Shown: positions 1 to 14,373, counted from the stretch's first letter. The stretch: DNA of 64,000 bases from Eledone cirrhosa (GCA_964016885.1 OZ024757.1:28706001-28770000); one strand, 5' to 3'. Notes: generated from the sequence alone by a model not told the origin. Numbers and translations: made by a program.

Positions 1-205
1 AATATGTGCGTATACACACACACACACACACAGACGTAGATAGCAAAAGAGCTTTTTAAAAATTAATTTGTCATTTCAAATATCTTATGTGAGATATAAA
101 ACAAAAATAATTCATTTTTCAAAATATTTAGATGAATAGATGAAGAGATTATGTTTAAATTATACACACATATATACACACACACATATATATATATATA
201 CATAA

Positions 206-244
<39 letters not shown>

Positions 245-250
245 AATGTA

Positions 251-310
<60 letters not shown>

Positions 311-311
<1 letters not shown>

Positions 312-469
312 GAGGGTAATCCCCAAAGTAAGGTCTCCTTCCGAGGAAAACATGCGTAAAGATCGGCAGATCGCTCTGGATGCTCTCTGCATTTTGGTTC
401 CTGAGGTTTCCCGAAGCACCATCCACAGGATTTTAGCGGAAAGAGACCTTACTTTTGGGATTGCCCTCG
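311..469 (+). mobile_element. Mariner-type internally deleted mini-element in a (TA)n tract
   Basis: TIRs CGAGGGTAATCCCCAAAGTAAGGTCTC / GAGACCTTACTTTTGGGATTGCCCTCG flanked by TA; interior encodes a mariner transposase HTH-like fragment ([33 protein letters not shown]). Confidence 0.8.
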
Positions 470-660
470 TATATATATATATACATAAATGTAGATACAT
501 ATATATATATACATAAATGTAGATACATATATATATATATATATACACATAAATGTAGATACATACATATATACACATAAATGTATATATATATATATAC
601 ACGTAAATGTATATATATATATACACATAAATGTTTATATATATATATATATATATATAT

Positions 661-875
661 GGAGGCACATGGCTTAGTGGTTAGAGCATTGGCCTTGCAA
701 TAGAAAGGTTGTGAGTTCAATTCTCAGACCGTGTGATGTGTTGTTCCCTTGAGCACTCACTGTAAATGAGGTTGGTGTTAGGAAGGGCATCCAGCTGTAG
801 AAATCAAGCCAGAATCAGTTCCCGTCCCACCCTTGCAAGCAGGGAAAAGCGGACGTAAAATGAAATGATGATGAT
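661..875 (+). mobile_element. tRNA-derived SINE family A (CORE-like body, RTE-derived tail)
   Basis: tRNA-like head with A box (TGGCTTAGTGG) and B box (GAGTTCAATTC); 3' end CCCGTCCCACCCTTGCAAGCAGGGAAAAGCGGACGTAAAA(TGA)n matches the RTE LINE tail near 13190-13246. Confidence 0.85.
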
Positions 876-1214
876 ATATATATATATATATATACATAAA
901 TGTAGATACATACATATATATGTGTATATATATATATATAATAGAATACTTTGAAAATAACAAATATGTGGCCAATAAAAGAATTTGTAATTTTGTTGTC
1001 ATCAAAAATAGTGGATTGGCCGTCTCCTCTTATCAGATAGAACATCTGTAGGTATACCATCCACTCTTTACATCCTGAGTTCAAACCCAAGGTAAACATG
1101 ACCTTCCATCATTCTGGGATTGATAAAATAAGTCTTATTCTCTTTCTTCGCCCACTTTATGCCAGAGAGGGTCATGGGGCAACAATTTCGGGGGCGGGGG
1201 GGGGGGGGGGAGTC

Positions 1215-1380
1215 GATTAAATCGATCCCAGTGCATTACTGGTACTTTATTTTATCGACCTCCGTAAGGATGAGTGGCAAAGTTAACCTCGGCGGGATTT
1301 GAACTCCTGACATAAAGGACCGTAATTATATGACATAAAGCATGTTGTGTGATGCTCCACTGATTACTGCCAGTCAATTA
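1215..1380 (-). mobile_element. tRNA-derived SINE family B (Meta-domain-like GCCTTTCATCCTTACGGGGTCGATAAAAT core)
   Basis: Reverse complement of the repeat at 61487-61680; B box GAGTTCAAATCC. Confidence 0.75.
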
Positions 1381-1686
1381 TTGGAAGCGATGAAACTGAC
1401 GTTCTCATCCTCCTCACAAATTGCTGGCCTTGTGCCTTAAGTAGAAACTATTATATTTTTATATATTTTATATTTTTATATATTTTCATATATTTTCATT
1501 GTTAATTGTTTTTGTTATTGTGTATTTTTATGTAATTTTATTGTAGACCCCCCCACTGTCCCTGTCTTTGTATTCTCCCCTATATGTCGGCCCTTGAGTT
1601 GAGGCCAATAAATGAAACCATTATTTTTATTATTATTTTCATTATAATCCTCGTCATCACTTATCATTACTGTCATTATCAGTCAC

Positions 1687-1722
<36 letters not shown>

Positions 1723-1795
1723 CACCACCACCAATATCATAACAATACTTCTCCCTCTCACTCTTTCCCTTTGTATGTATATGTGAATGTGTGTG

Positions 1796-1922
1796 TAAAT
1801 TATATATATATATAATATATATATATAAGATATATATATATATATAACAAATATATATATATATATAACATATATATATATATATAACAAATATATATAT
1901 ATAACATATATATATATATATT

Positions 1923-1959
<37 letters not shown>

Positions 1960-1981
1960 ATAACATATATATATATATATT

Positions 1982-2020
<39 letters not shown>

Positions 2021-2025
2021 ATAAC

Positions 2026-2063
<38 letters not shown>

Positions 2064-2270
2064 ATAACATATATATATATATTTATATATATATATATAT
2101 ATATTTGTATATATATTTATATATTTATATATATATATATATAATATATATATATTTATATATATAATATATATATATATAATATATATATAATATATAT
2201 ATGTATATATATTTACATATATATATTATGTAAATTATATATATATATATATATATATGTATGTTTGTTT
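1796..2270. repeat. (TA)n microsatellite tract with TAAC/TTTA variants
   Basis: Directly visible. Confidence 0.95.
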
Positions 2271-2671
2271 ATGTACATGCATACATACTATTCAAATATT
2301 TTAAAATCACTCATTCAAAAAAATATTTTCATTTTTTATATAACTTTATTTATTACAATAATAATTATCATCATTATTATTATTATTTAGATTTTAAACA
2401 AAATTAAATTCCAGTCTTTTTGCAAAAATTTTGATTTTATTTAAAATAAATCTTTAATCTACTTTCTAAGAAATAGGGCTTCTTCCCCTTTTACTGCCCC
2501 TACCCCAGTTCCTACCACGCCTCGCTGTCTGTTTAAGTCACACCACCAATAAATTCTTGGCACAAGCATGGTTGTGTGGTTAGGGAGTTTGTTTTAGGTT
2601 CAGTCCCACTGTGTAGCACATTAGTCAAGAGACTTGGTAGACAGAAACAGTGTGGAAGCCTGCTATATATC

Positions 2672-2955
2672 ATTTCATTTTTACGTCCGCTTTTCCCTGG
2701 CTTGATTTCTACAGCTGGATGCTCTTCCTAACACCAACCTCATTTACAGTGAGTGCTGGGTGCTTTTTTGTCGTGGCACCCCCACGACCACTTTGCAGTG
2801 GAATGATAGGGACCCCAGTCCCTATCATCTCATTTCTACAGCTGAGTAAACTGGAACAATGTGAAATAAAGTGTCTTGCTCAAAGAAACAACATATCACC
2901 CGGTCTGAGAATTGAACTCACAACCTTTTGATTGCAAGGCCAATGCTCTAACCAC
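2672..2955 (-). mobile_element. SINE family A copy
   Basis: Near-identical to the copy at 5393-5736. Confidence 0.85.
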
Positions 2956-3006
2956 ATATATATATATATTTAGTAATAAATAGGGAACAAAGAATCAGTA
3001 TTGCAT

Positions 3007-3096
3007 CATATAACATATGTTTCACTGCCGATCAGCTCAAGGAACGATTGAATTTTGTTCGTTCCTGACTCTAGAATCGCAAGCTCCTGAGATATG
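3007..3096 (-). ncRNA. Type I hammerhead ribozyme-like motif, extended stem II, mutated core (CUCAGGA)
   Basis: Minus strand: CAUAU-CUCAGGA-[GCUUGCGAU..UCAGGAACGA..UCGUUCCUUGA..AUCGGCAGU]-GAAA-CAUAUG-UU-AUAUG; stem I CAUAU/AUAUG, palindromic stem III AACAUAUGUU. Confidence 0.6.
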
Positions 3097-3158
3097 TTCT
3101 CACATGTCGACTCAAATCCAAATGTAATACAATTGCACCTCTACTACTTTATATATAT

Positions 3159-3226
<68 letters not shown>

Positions 3227-3704
3227 ATGTGTATGCTTGTAGATATGTATCAATGCATGTACATATATATATATGTGTGTGTGTATGTGTATGCTTGTAT
3301 GTATGTATGTATCTATGCATTTACATATATATATATATGTGTGTGTATGTGTATGCTTGTATATATGTATCTATGCATTTACATATATATATATATATGT
3401 GTGTGTATGCTTGTATATATGTATGTATGTACACATATATGTGTGTAATGTAAGAATGGGCATTTGTATGCAAATATATAATGTATGTACATATATATGT
3501 ATGCAAGTGTATGTACATATGTGTATTCTACATATATATATATATATATATATAGTGGTTTATATATATATATATAAACCACTATATCATGGCAGTACAT
3601 TAGGCTAAGATATAACAACCATATAACAGCCACATAAACACAATATCCCAAAATTGTCTGTCTGTTACTCAGCATTTTTATTCAATCTATCTCCATTATA
3701 TGAA

Positions 3705-4605
3705 ACATCAGCAACAGCAGCAGCACCAACAGCAGCACCAATACCACCAAGACTACTAACAACAACAACAACAGCACCAGAACTACTAACAACAACAACA
3801 GCAGCAACAGTAGCACTACTAACAATAACAACAACACCACCACCTGAACTACTAACAACAACAACAGCAGCACCAGAACTACTAACAACAACAACAGCAG
3901 CACCAGAACTACTAACAACAACAACAGCAGCAGCAGAACTACTAACAACAACAGCAGCACCAGAACTACTAACAACAACAACAGCAGCACCAGAACTACT
4001 AACAACAACAACAACAGCAGCACCAGAACTACTAACAACAACAGCAGCAGCACCAGAACTACCAACAACAACAACACCACCTGAACTACTAACAACAACA
4101 ACAGCAGCACTACTAACAACAACAGCACCTGAACTACTAACAACAACAGCAGCACCAGAACTACTAACAACAACAACAGCAGCACCAGAACTATCAACAA
4201 CAACAGCAATAACTACAACACCCACACAAATATCATCAACAACAACCCTACAATCACTACCACTACCATCACCACCACCAACTCCATCAACATCACCAAC
4301 AACTCCATCACCACCACCACCAACTCCATCAACATCACCAACAACATCACAAACACCACCAACTCCATCAACATCACCAACAACTCCATCACCAACACCA
4401 CCACCACCACCAACAACAACAACTCCATCAACATCACCACCACTAACAACTCCATCAACATCACCAACACCACCACCACCAATACCACCAACACCAACAC
4501 CACCACAACCAACAACACCACCACCAACAACAACATCACCATCACCAACACCACCACCACCAACAACTCCATCACCACCACCAACATCACCACCACCACC
4601 ACCAT
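3705..4605. repeat. Trinucleotide-based (ACA/GCA/CCA) low-complexity array with ~27-bp higher-order unit
   Basis: Unit ACAACAACAGCAGCACCAGAACTACTA repeated, then CCA/TCA-rich; ORFs open on both strands. Confidence 0.9.
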
Positions 4606-4905
4606 AAACCCCCGCCCCATCAACCCCTCCCCCCACCCTACACTATCCCCAACAGTATCAATAATAATGACAAACATCATTTATCCAGTTCCCTATTTTT
4701 CTCTATATAACCTCATTCATCTTCCAGAAATTTCTCAAAATAATATCAATAATGATAATGTATTTTGTTGAAATTTCAATTCAAAAATTTAATATAAACA
4801 CATTCATTTACAAAAGATAAAGACTACATTTTGTGGGTATGTGTGTTATGTGTGTGTGTGTGTATATATATATAGTGTGTATTTAAACATATACACACAC
4901 ACGCA

Positions 4906-5004
4906 TAGGGTGTCTCAAAAACTGTATACACACTTCAACAGCATTCTAAAAAATATTGCCTGAACAAGTAATCAAAGTGTGTATACATTTTTTGGGACAC
5001 CCTG
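4906..5004. mobile_element. Tc1/mariner-type MITE
   Basis: TIRs AGGGTGTCTCAAAAACTGTATACACACTT / AAGTGTGTATACATTTTTTGGGACACCCTG; a partial copy lies at ~24978-25030. Confidence 0.75.
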
Positions 5005-5149
5005 CAAATTTATATATATATATATGTATGTATGTATGTATGTATATATATATATACAAAGAGAGAGAGAGAGCGAGAGAGAGAGAAGGGGGAGGGAGAA
5101 GGACAAATGAGGAGAAACAGAGATGCGCTTGCAAGTAACTCTACTTACA

Positions 5150-5345
5150 AAATAATTGTTTCTACTTTTGGCACAAGGCCAGCAATTATCCAGTACATTA
5201 CTGGTACTTTATTTTATCGACCCCATAAGGATGAAAGGCAAAGTTAACCTCGGCGGGATTTGAACTCAGATTGGCAAGGGCCGTAACTCTATGCGTCAAA
5301 GCATGGCGTCCAACCCTCTACCGATACTGCCAATTCACCGAAAAT
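5150..5345 (-). mobile_element. SINE family B copy
   Basis: Full-length match to family B; ATT-rich tail at the left end. Confidence 0.85.
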
Positions 5346-5392
5346 AATATCTGGAAACAATACTCAAATATAGTTGGTTAGTGATCAGACCT

Positions 5393-5736
5393 TCATCATC
5401 ATCATCATCATCATTTTACGTCTGCTTTTCCCTGCTTGCAAGGGTGGGACGGGAACTGATTCTGGCTTGATTTCTACAGCTGGATGCCCTTCCTAACACC
5501 AACCTCATTTACAGTGAGTGCTGGGTGTTTTTTTGCCGTGGCACCTCCACGACCACTTTGCAGTGGAATGATAGGGACCCCAGTCCCTATCATCTCATTT
5601 CTACAGCTGAGTAAACTGGAGCAATGTGAAATAAAGTGTCTTGCTCAAGGAAACAACACATCACCCGGTCTGAGAATTGAACTCACAACCTTTCGATTGC
5701 AAGGCCAATGCTCTAACCACTAAGCCATGTGCCTCC
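5393..5736 (-). mobile_element. Full-length SINE family A copy
   Basis: tRNA head at 5736 (GGAGGCACATGG on minus), CORE-like CCTTGAGCAAGACACTTTATTTC, RTE tail with (TGA)n at 5393. Confidence 0.9.
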
Positions 5737-5775
5737 ATATATATATACATATGTGTATGTCTTCGGCGAAATATG

Positions 5776-5810
<35 letters not shown>

Positions 5811-5812
<2 letters not shown>

Positions 5813-5976
5813 GTATTTCGCTGAAGACACTTTGCCCTTGTGGACGCACCCTAATTATTTTGACAACCAAAAATTTGAAAAAAAATTAATAAACAACCTT
5901 CAGCCTCCAGGGTGCATGGTAGATTTTTAAGACTTATTTTAGGAAAAAAGTAGCATCTTAGAACTGAGAAATACGG
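5811..5976. mobile_element. pogo/Tigger-like MITE
   Basis: TIRs CCGTATTTC / GAAATACGG with TA flanks. Confidence 0.7.
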
Positions 5977-5993
5977 TATATATATGTGTATAA

Positions 5994-6713
5994 TAGAGGG
6001 TGGGCTGAAAATGACTAATGCTAGAGCTGTGAAAACTTGCATGCATTAATTTCAACTCTTCTTTTTAATAACTGCATTGTTTCTTTCCAGCTAAACTGAC
6101 ATCTGACTCTTCAAAGAAGACTTCAGCAACAAATATTGTTGCTGAATCGGCAAAATTTGGTATCGTGGCATTATTAAATACCTGCAGACAAAAAGTTTAG
6201 GCCCCAAGGATATTCATATTGACATGGTTGCTACATTAGTGGATAACACTCCAGTTTTATCAACAGTGAAAAGGTTAGCAGCTGAATTTAGTAGGGAAAG
6301 CAAGTCTTGAAGATGACTCGAGGTCTGGACATCCTGCAACTGCCACCACTAAGGAATATATTGATCATGTTCATCACATAGTAATAGATGACAGGCGATT
6401 GACTAATCAAATAGCCAATGCTATTAGCATATCCAATGAGAGAGTTGAGAACATTCTGCATAATAAACTTGGTGTGTCGAAGGTTTCTTCTCGATGGGTG
6501 CCAAGTCTTCTGACACCAGATCAAAAGAGTACCAGGCTGTACATACCATTGGAACATCCAACATTCTTTGAGGCAGATCCAGCTGGTTTCCTTGAACGTT
6601 TCCTAAACTAGGATTAGTGTTGGGTTCATCACGTTAAGCCAGAGTCAAAGAGACAATCTATGCAGTGGAAACACACCTCCTCACCTGCTCCAAAGAAGGC
6701 GAAGGTTGTTTCA
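5994..6713 (+). pseudogene. Mariner transposase pseudogene (5' half), cut off by a SINE at ~6714
   Basis: Frameshifted translation LEDDSRSGHPAT..DDRRLT..ILHNKLGVSKVSSRWVPSLLTPDQK..WVHHVKPESKRQSMQW, containing the mariner WVP(R/H)xL motif; in-frame stops. Confidence 0.9.
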
Positions 6714-6858
6714 ACTCATTTCTACAGCTGAGTAAACTGGAGCAACACAAAACATAGTGTCTTGTTCAAGGACAAAACACATCATCCAGTCTAAGAATCG
6801 AACTCACAACCTTCCAATTGCAAGCCCAATGCTCTAACCACTAAGCCATGTGCCTGCA
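6714..6858 (-). mobile_element. SINE family A 5' part
   Basis: tRNA head plus CORE-like segment on the minus strand. Confidence 0.8.
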
Positions 6859-7143
6859 CAACAACAACAAAAACAACATTAATCAGTCATTAATTCCTCA
6901 TTGCAAAGTTAATCACTTTCTGCAGACATTCCTATGTTAATCATTAAAAAAAGATTTATTTTCTTCCATAAAGTCATAAATTCTTTAGTCTTGGAGACAA
7001 CATTTCTTAAGTTTCTGTCGTGACTCTTGGTATTTCTTTGATCACACAACCCCACTCCTTTGTCAAAGATTTAAAAAAATTATTTTTCTTTTAAATCGGT
7101 AATATAAATGAATGTAGATTTACATTTATATATATACATAAAG

Positions 7144-7176
<33 letters not shown>

Positions 7177-7326
7177 TATGTATTATGTATTTACATTCAC
7201 AAATGTACGTGTGTGTGTGTATATATATATAAGTATATATATGTATATAAATATATATATATGTGTATATAAATATATATAGACATACATAGACACACAC
7301 ATACATGTACTCATAGACTTTCATAC

Positions 7327-7495
7327 ACACTGTAAATGTGGTTGGTGTTAGGAAGGGCATCCAACTGTAGAAAACCCGCCAGACAGTCCTATGCGAGCAA
7401 GACAACCACTCTTGCCTCAAGTGGGAAAACCCCCGTCCAAACCCATGCAAGCGTGGAACACGGACGCTAAACCTGATGATGATGATGATGATGAT
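7327..7495 (+). mobile_element. SINE/RTE-tail fragment ending in (TGA)n
   Basis: GGTTGGTGTTAGGAAGGGCATCC..GGACGCTAAACC(TGA)n; near-identical reverse copy at 63617-63775. Confidence 0.8.
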
Positions 7496-8164
7496 ACATA
7501 TATACACCAACATGCACATATATATCCACATACATACACACAAGAAACAATGAGAATGTGACATCCATGTTAAGGTATTGTTCTCAAAATAAATAATATC
7601 AAAATCTCATAGATTCGATATTATGTGAGGTAATTATGTAAGATAAAGCCTTCACCATGAAAATATAATAATAAATATAGAGTAATGGAAATGCTAAATG
7701 GTTAAAGTTTTTTTTTTCTACATAATATATGTATTTGTAATGTTTAAATATTTTCACTTTCTTACTAAACATGCTTATGGAAGTAAATTTGTTTGACATG
7801 ACACAACCATAAATATGAAACTTAAGGGTCAGTCTGCCTCATGGTCCTGACCAACTGGATGGAGAAGATATTACCTGATAGGACAGCAAGAGAGACGTAT
7901 ATCAACAGCCACTCCACCTTACAGGGCTCACACCTGCAAGCAGCCAACTCCTCTCTTAGAGCTGCCAACAGGGATGTGGTCTGGGAGCTAAGACAGCCAG
8001 AAGTCTCCACTACCACAGACTCAACCTCAAACCTATCAATGTTGTTAATGATATTATTGTTGTCGTTGGAAATATATTCAATAGCTGTTTGTTCTTTAAT
8101 TTTTTAATGGTATTTTTACAGTTGTTCTTTATCATCATCATCATCATCTGCTTTCCATGTTAGG

Positions 8165-8905
8165 AAGGGCTGTTGGTTTAGATTTGAGTAATCTTGGGAA
8201 AAACCAAAGTTTTGGTAAGCAGGAAACAAGACAGGATCCTGATCCCACCAAGAAAGTGGCCCTGCTCAATATGTCGAAGAGGAGTAGGTAGCAACTCTAT
8301 ATGATGAACACAATGGAAATCTTGGATACACAAGAAATGTTTTGGGGGAGCAGGCACTCGAACAGAAAAGGAAAATTTTATATGTGGCAGACACACAAGG
8401 GTAGTTAGTAGTAAGAACATCAGTTACATAAGTTTTTTCCAGTCCCAGGAAGGCTGCATACAAATGATTGAAAGCTTCTGTTATTTAACCCTTTGGCAGT
8501 TAAACCGGCCATATCCGGCCAGAATTCTCTCTGTTCAAACCTACCGCAACTGGCTGCTCATACTGATGTTAAGGTATTGTTCTCAAAATAAATAACATCA
8601 AAATCTCATAGAATCGAGATTATGTGAAATAATGCCATTACCATTAAAATACAATAGTATATATAGAGTAATGTAAATGCTAAAGGGTTAAGTGATCAAA
8701 TTAGTTCAAGGAGACGCTACACCATGAGCATAGTAGCTAGAGTAAGAACCAGATGGAAAAAGTTCTGGGAGCTACTAACTCTGATGACAACAAAAGGTTT
8801 TGCTCTATCAAAAGCCAGATATATGATGCCTGTGTGCAAAGTGCAATGTTGCATGGTAACGAGATATGAGCAATAAATGCAGAAGATATTCAAAGGCTAG
8901 AGTGA
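8165..8905 (+). pseudogene. Degenerate RTE LINE fragment interrupted by a piggyBac MITE
   Basis: Translates to KTKVLVSRKQDRILIPPRKWPCSICRRGVG..SFCYL|SDQISS..RVRTRWKKFWELL..YDACVQSAMLHGNE with stops and frameshifts. Confidence 0.8.
8489..8687 (+). mobile_element. piggyBac-type MITE (~200 bp)
   Basis: TTAA|CCCTTT..AAAGGG|TTAA; removing it plus one TTAA restores the RTE reading SFCYLSDQISS. Confidence 0.9.
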
Positions 8906-8941
8906 AATCTAAGAATATATACATATATATGCGTGTATGTA

Positions 8942-8987
<46 letters not shown>

Positions 8988-9499
8988 TATGCATATGTAT
9001 CAGCTGTGCTAGGGCAAGAAATAAAATTCTAATTTTGTATATATATATATACATGTATGTATATAAATATTTATATATATATATAAATATATATGTATAT
9101 TTAACTAGGTAAATTTTGTTTGAAAATAATATATAAACCTTAATTTTTAAAGAAGATGAGAATTTAGAAGAAATTATAGAAATGAAAAATGAAACATAAA
9201 TAGGAGAAAAACACACAAAAAAGAAGCAAACTCCCGGTAAATTGAGATAATAATATATAAGATAAAATAAAATAAAATGAAAATTTATCATCTCTAACCA
9301 TCGAAGGGAAATTATGTGACACATGGAAATTTCATCATCATCGTTATCAGCATCATAATAGTCATCATCGTCATGATTTGTTAATTTGTTTATGGAAAGA
9401 TTTAACTGGGATATATATATATATATATAATGTATATATATGTATATATATATATTTATATATGTATATATATATATATATAAATATATATATATATAA

Positions 9500-9546
<47 letters not shown>

Positions 9547-10501
9547 CAGATATATACATCTATATACATATATACACATAATATACATGTTCATATGTAT
9601 TTACACACATAAATATATAGACAGATAGATATAGATATATAGAGATGAGTGTGGATGTATGTCGTCGTGTGTTTGTGTTTGTATAAGCTTCTTATATTTG
9701 AGACAGAAAATTAGCAAATTGCTTCTAATATAAATAACGAGAGAGAGAAAGTAATCTAACAATAAAAACAGCAACTTCTCTAACATTTCTACAATGGCAT
9801 GTACTAACATCACACCTACTACTAACAATACATACATTCATATGTACATCGTTATTTCAGAGATCCAACACAAATTTCTAATTGTTGCTGGGCCCGCAAC
9901 CACTCTTTATGTTAATGAGTTTAAACAGCTCATAAACATAATTAGTATTCTATAAGAATCCAGCTTCTACAGCTCATAGCAAAAACAGAGAAGGATATAT
10001 AATATATAACCTTGATAACCACTAAACAGCGAGAAACTGTCATTGGTTATTCCCCTTTGTTTTTGCTGAAGTTAGGTATGTGACTATAGTCACTAACTTA
10101 AATTCATAGTAAAAGGTCTTCGAAATGTTTTTAAATAAACATACAGTGTATTATTAAATTTACAATACGTACATTAATATATATATATATGCAATAAGAA
10201 CACAAATTTATCATGTTAACTTAAGTTTCAAGGCATAGACATGGAATGCATCTGCAGTCTGTCCTTTCATTGGGCCAATTATATATATATATATATATAT
10301 ATATAGGTTATTAGGTGGGTAAGTTGTAGTTACTAGCAGCGGCACTGGTCAAAGCACTCGGTGCTGTTACTGTGTCTATCTCTCATTAGGTTGTGCTCCA
10401 GGTTTAAGGTGGGATGAGACCACCCATGTAAACCCTCATATCTGAAGAAATGCCGATTAAGAGTCAGGATCCGATCACATGATCAAACCTGAGCTTATTA
10501 A

Positions 10502-10722
10502 CCCTTTAGCATTCACATTACTCTATATATACTATTATATTTTCATGGTAAATGCTTTACCTCGCAAAATTATCTGACATAATATCGAATCTATGAGATT
10601 TTGAAAGTATTTATTTTGAGAACAATACCTTAACATCAGTATTAGTGGCCAGTTACAGCCAGTTTCAACAGAAAGAGATGAGAGAATCCTGGCCGGTTTT
10701 GGCCGGTTTGAACACTAAAGGG
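10502..10722 (-). mobile_element. piggyBac-type MITE
   Basis: TTAA|CCCTTTAGCATT..CACTAAAGGG|TTAA. Confidence 0.85.
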
Positions 10723-11370
10723 TTAATATGGAAACAAATTGTAATATGTACTAAAGTTTAACAAATAACTGCAATTCTTATTGTCACTTTATATATATAT
10801 ATATATATGATTGTATTTTCATTGTTGTGGTGGCTTCTGTGGCTTTGTCCCCTTAACCACAGTTTTCAATTTCTCTCGCCTTTTAACATATGTTTATTAC
10901 TCTAAGATTTCACTTATTCATTTATCAATATCGTCTTATTGAGTGCTTTGTGCAAACTTCCAAATGTTGTCTTTTTGTGGTTGCTGGCTGAGTGCTGCAA
11001 CACACTCTTTACTCACTTCCACACTTATATGTATAGTGTTCATCATCTACACACAAAAAACAAAAAATACCAATACTGTCGACTGGCTAGTGATAGAAAG
11101 GGCATCCAATCATAGATAAGCTTCTCAACAAAGAAAGGACCCTTCAGCTGTAAACGAGTGAGATATTGGCCCCTGACACAAGTGAGATGTCAGTAGCTCT
11201 GCTTCAATTTTGATTTGGTCTGTGAAGACCAATCCAACCCTTGTTACCAAGAAAGACAGGCATTAAATGATGATGATGATGTATATATATATATACACAC
11301 TTATAAATATGCGTCTGTTTACATATGTATGTGTTGTGTGCATACATATATACATATATATACACACATG

Positions 11371-11406
<36 letters not shown>

Positions 11407-11523
11407 CACAGACACACACATACACACATATATATATACATATACACAAACACACACATATATATATATATACACACACACATATATATATACATATACA
11501 CACACACATACATATATACATAT

Positions 11524-11558
<35 letters not shown>

Positions 11559-11649
11559 CATACATATACATATATACACATACATATACATATATACACA
11601 TACACAAATATATGTACATACATATATATATATATATACATATATATAC

Positions 11650-13246
11650 ATGCTGAAGGCATCAGGGGACATAGGCACTAAACTGGTTGCACACATCATC
11701 AATCAGGCTATATATGGTGGTGTCATACCCAAAGACTGGTGCAGCAGTATTCTCATAAATTACTACAAAGGTAAAGGGGATGCTCTGGAGAGGAGCAATT
11801 ATAGGGGTATAAAACTGATGGACCAGGTTATGAAAGTGGCAGAAAGGATATTAGTACAACTATTAGAGAAAGGGTCAAAGTAGATGAGATACAGTTTGGA
11901 TTTATGTCTGGGAAAAGTACAACAGATGCCCTCTTCTTGGTGAGACAATTACAAGAGAGGTTCTTAGAGAAGAATAATCCACTATACTTAGCTTTTGTTG
12001 ACCTAGAGAAGGCCTTTTATAGGGTTCCCCGATCTGTCATCTGGTGGTCCCTAAGGAAACTAGGTGTTGCGGAATGGCTTGTGAGGACAGTGCAAACTTT
12101 GTACAGAGGTGCTGTCAATAAAATGAGGGTAGGAATGGAGTTTAGTGAGGAATTCCAGATACAAGTAGGAGTACATCAAGGTTCAGTCCTCAGCCCGCTC
12201 TTGTTCAGTATAGTCCTCCAAGCCATAACAGAGGAGTTTAAGACTGGCTGTCCATGGGAACTTCTCTATGCTGACGATCTGGTTCTTATAGCAGAATCAG
12301 TAGAGGAGTTAGAGAATAAATTCTGGCTACGGAAACAGCAGTTGGAAGCAAGAGGACTGAGAGTGAACCTAGCTAAGACAAAAGTGTTGATGAGTAGAAA
12401 AGAGAACAAAACTCTGATTCTGTCAGGGAAATGGCCATGTTGGATATGCAGAAAAGGAACTGGCATAAATTCTATAAAATGCACACAATGCAGATCTTGG
12501 GTACGCAAGAGATGTAGTGGGATAGCAGGCAAACTAACAGGTAGGGAGAAATACGTATGCAGTAGATGTACAGGGAAATTAGACAGTAGAAGTCGCATTG
12601 ATAGACACATTTTTCAAATGCAGGCGGGTGCTATAGAAGTGGTGGATAGCTTCCGGTACCTAGGAGAGGGGTGTTCCGAGGCCATAGTATCTAGAATAAG
12701 GACGGGTTGGAAGAAGTTTAGGGCGCTGCTTCCTCTGCTGATGAAGAAGGGTTTCTCCCTGTGTATGAAAGGCCAATTATATGATGCCTACGTGAGGAGT
12801 GCGATGCTGCATGGTAGTGAGACATGGGCAGCAACTGCAGAGGATATGCGACGGCTGGAGAGAAATGAGGCAAACATGCTCTGTTGGATGTGCAATGTCA
12901 ATGTGCATGAACGACCAAGCATAGATCTGTTGAGAGAGAAACCGTGTCTGACAGGGATAGATTGTAGTGTGCGAGAGAGGAGACTGTGATGGTATGGACA
13001 TGTGGTGATGCGCTTGGAGGATGACCAATGGGTGAAGAAGTGCCAGGAAATGCCAGTTGAAGGAAGACGTGGTAGAGGTTGACTACGAAAAACATGAGCG
13101 GAGGTGGCGAGAACAGACCTCAGATCGCTGAAGCTCACATTGGAGATGATGAAGGACCGTGACAAGTGGAGAGATGCTGTGCTGAATAGGACCCGTCCCA
13201 ACCTTGCAAGCAGGGAAAAGCGGACGTAAAATGATGATGTTGATGA
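11650..13246 (+). mobile_element. 5'-truncated RTE-clade LINE (RT pseudogene), copy 1
   Basis: PKDW..KGKGDA..NYRGIKL, LAFVDLEKAF, GVHQGSVLSPLLF, LYADDLVL, FRYLG, RERRL*WYGHV; frameshift near 11880, stops; tail GGACGTAAAA(TGA)n. Confidence 0.95.
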
Positions 13247-13650
13247 CATATATACATACACACATATATATCATATATATATATACATATCATATATATA
13301 TATACATATCATATATATATATGTAGATATATATACATACACACATCATATATATATGTAGATATATATACATACACACATGTATATATATATATACCAG
13401 CAGATTACAGAAACACTTAGTGGAGGCTGGATTAGTTAATCAGTTAAAAAAGAGATTACAGAGATCAGTAACAACAACTAAAAGTAGTCTGAACAGTGTG
13501 TATGTGTGTATGTATGCATCTGTGTGTGCCTATATATGTGTATGTATTCGTGTTTGTCCAAATATGTGTAAGATATAAATATATGCATGTCTGTGTAATA
13601 TATATATATATATTCATACATACATGTTTGTGTATATGTAGTAGTGTGGT

Positions 13651-13682
<32 letters not shown>

Positions 13683-13703
13683 TATATATATATGTGTATG
13701 TGT

Positions 13704-13755
<52 letters not shown>

Positions 13756-14057
13756 TTGTGTGTGTGTGTGTGTGTACACAGAGTCACACACCCACAGATG
13801 ACAAGATTATCTTCAATGTAAGACAAATGCAAAAGAAAGAAAAAAAGATTTTTTTCTTGAAATCAATCAATTTTATCATCATCATCATCATCATCACTTT
13901 CACCAGTATTGTCATTATCATCCCCACCATCACTATCATCCCCTTCACTAGCACCCCCACCGTTACTGTCATCCCCACCATCAACACAACCATTCTCAGT
14001 ACCCTCATTTTTTTTATACCCATCACCAACACAAACGATAGATACCAATTATAAAGT

Positions 14058-14335
14058 GTGTATATATATATATATATATGTATATAAATATATATATATA
14101 TATATATATGTACATACATAAATATATATGTACATACATAAATATATATGTACATACATTATATATATACATATATAAATATATATGTACATATATATGT
14201 ACATACATACATATATATATACATACATAAATATATATGTACATACATAAATATATATGTACATACATAAATATATATGTACATACATACATATATTTAT
14301 ATACATACATAAATATATATATACATAAATATATA

Positions 14336-14373
<38 letters not shown>

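Noticed and set aside
661-735. tRNA gene
   Set aside because: No complete cloverleaf; it continues into a SINE body and tail.
3654-4607. Mucin-like Thr/Pro ORF (TTTAAPELL repeats)
   Set aside because: Built from trinucleotide repeats, open on both strands, with no non-repetitive domain; similar tracts recur throughout the window. An exon cannot be fully excluded without RNA data.
7815-8040. 88-aa ORF in complex sequence, and similar patches at 17240-17520 and 59660-59735
   Set aside because: No recognisable motif or convincing splice-site pair; probably decayed TE fragments.
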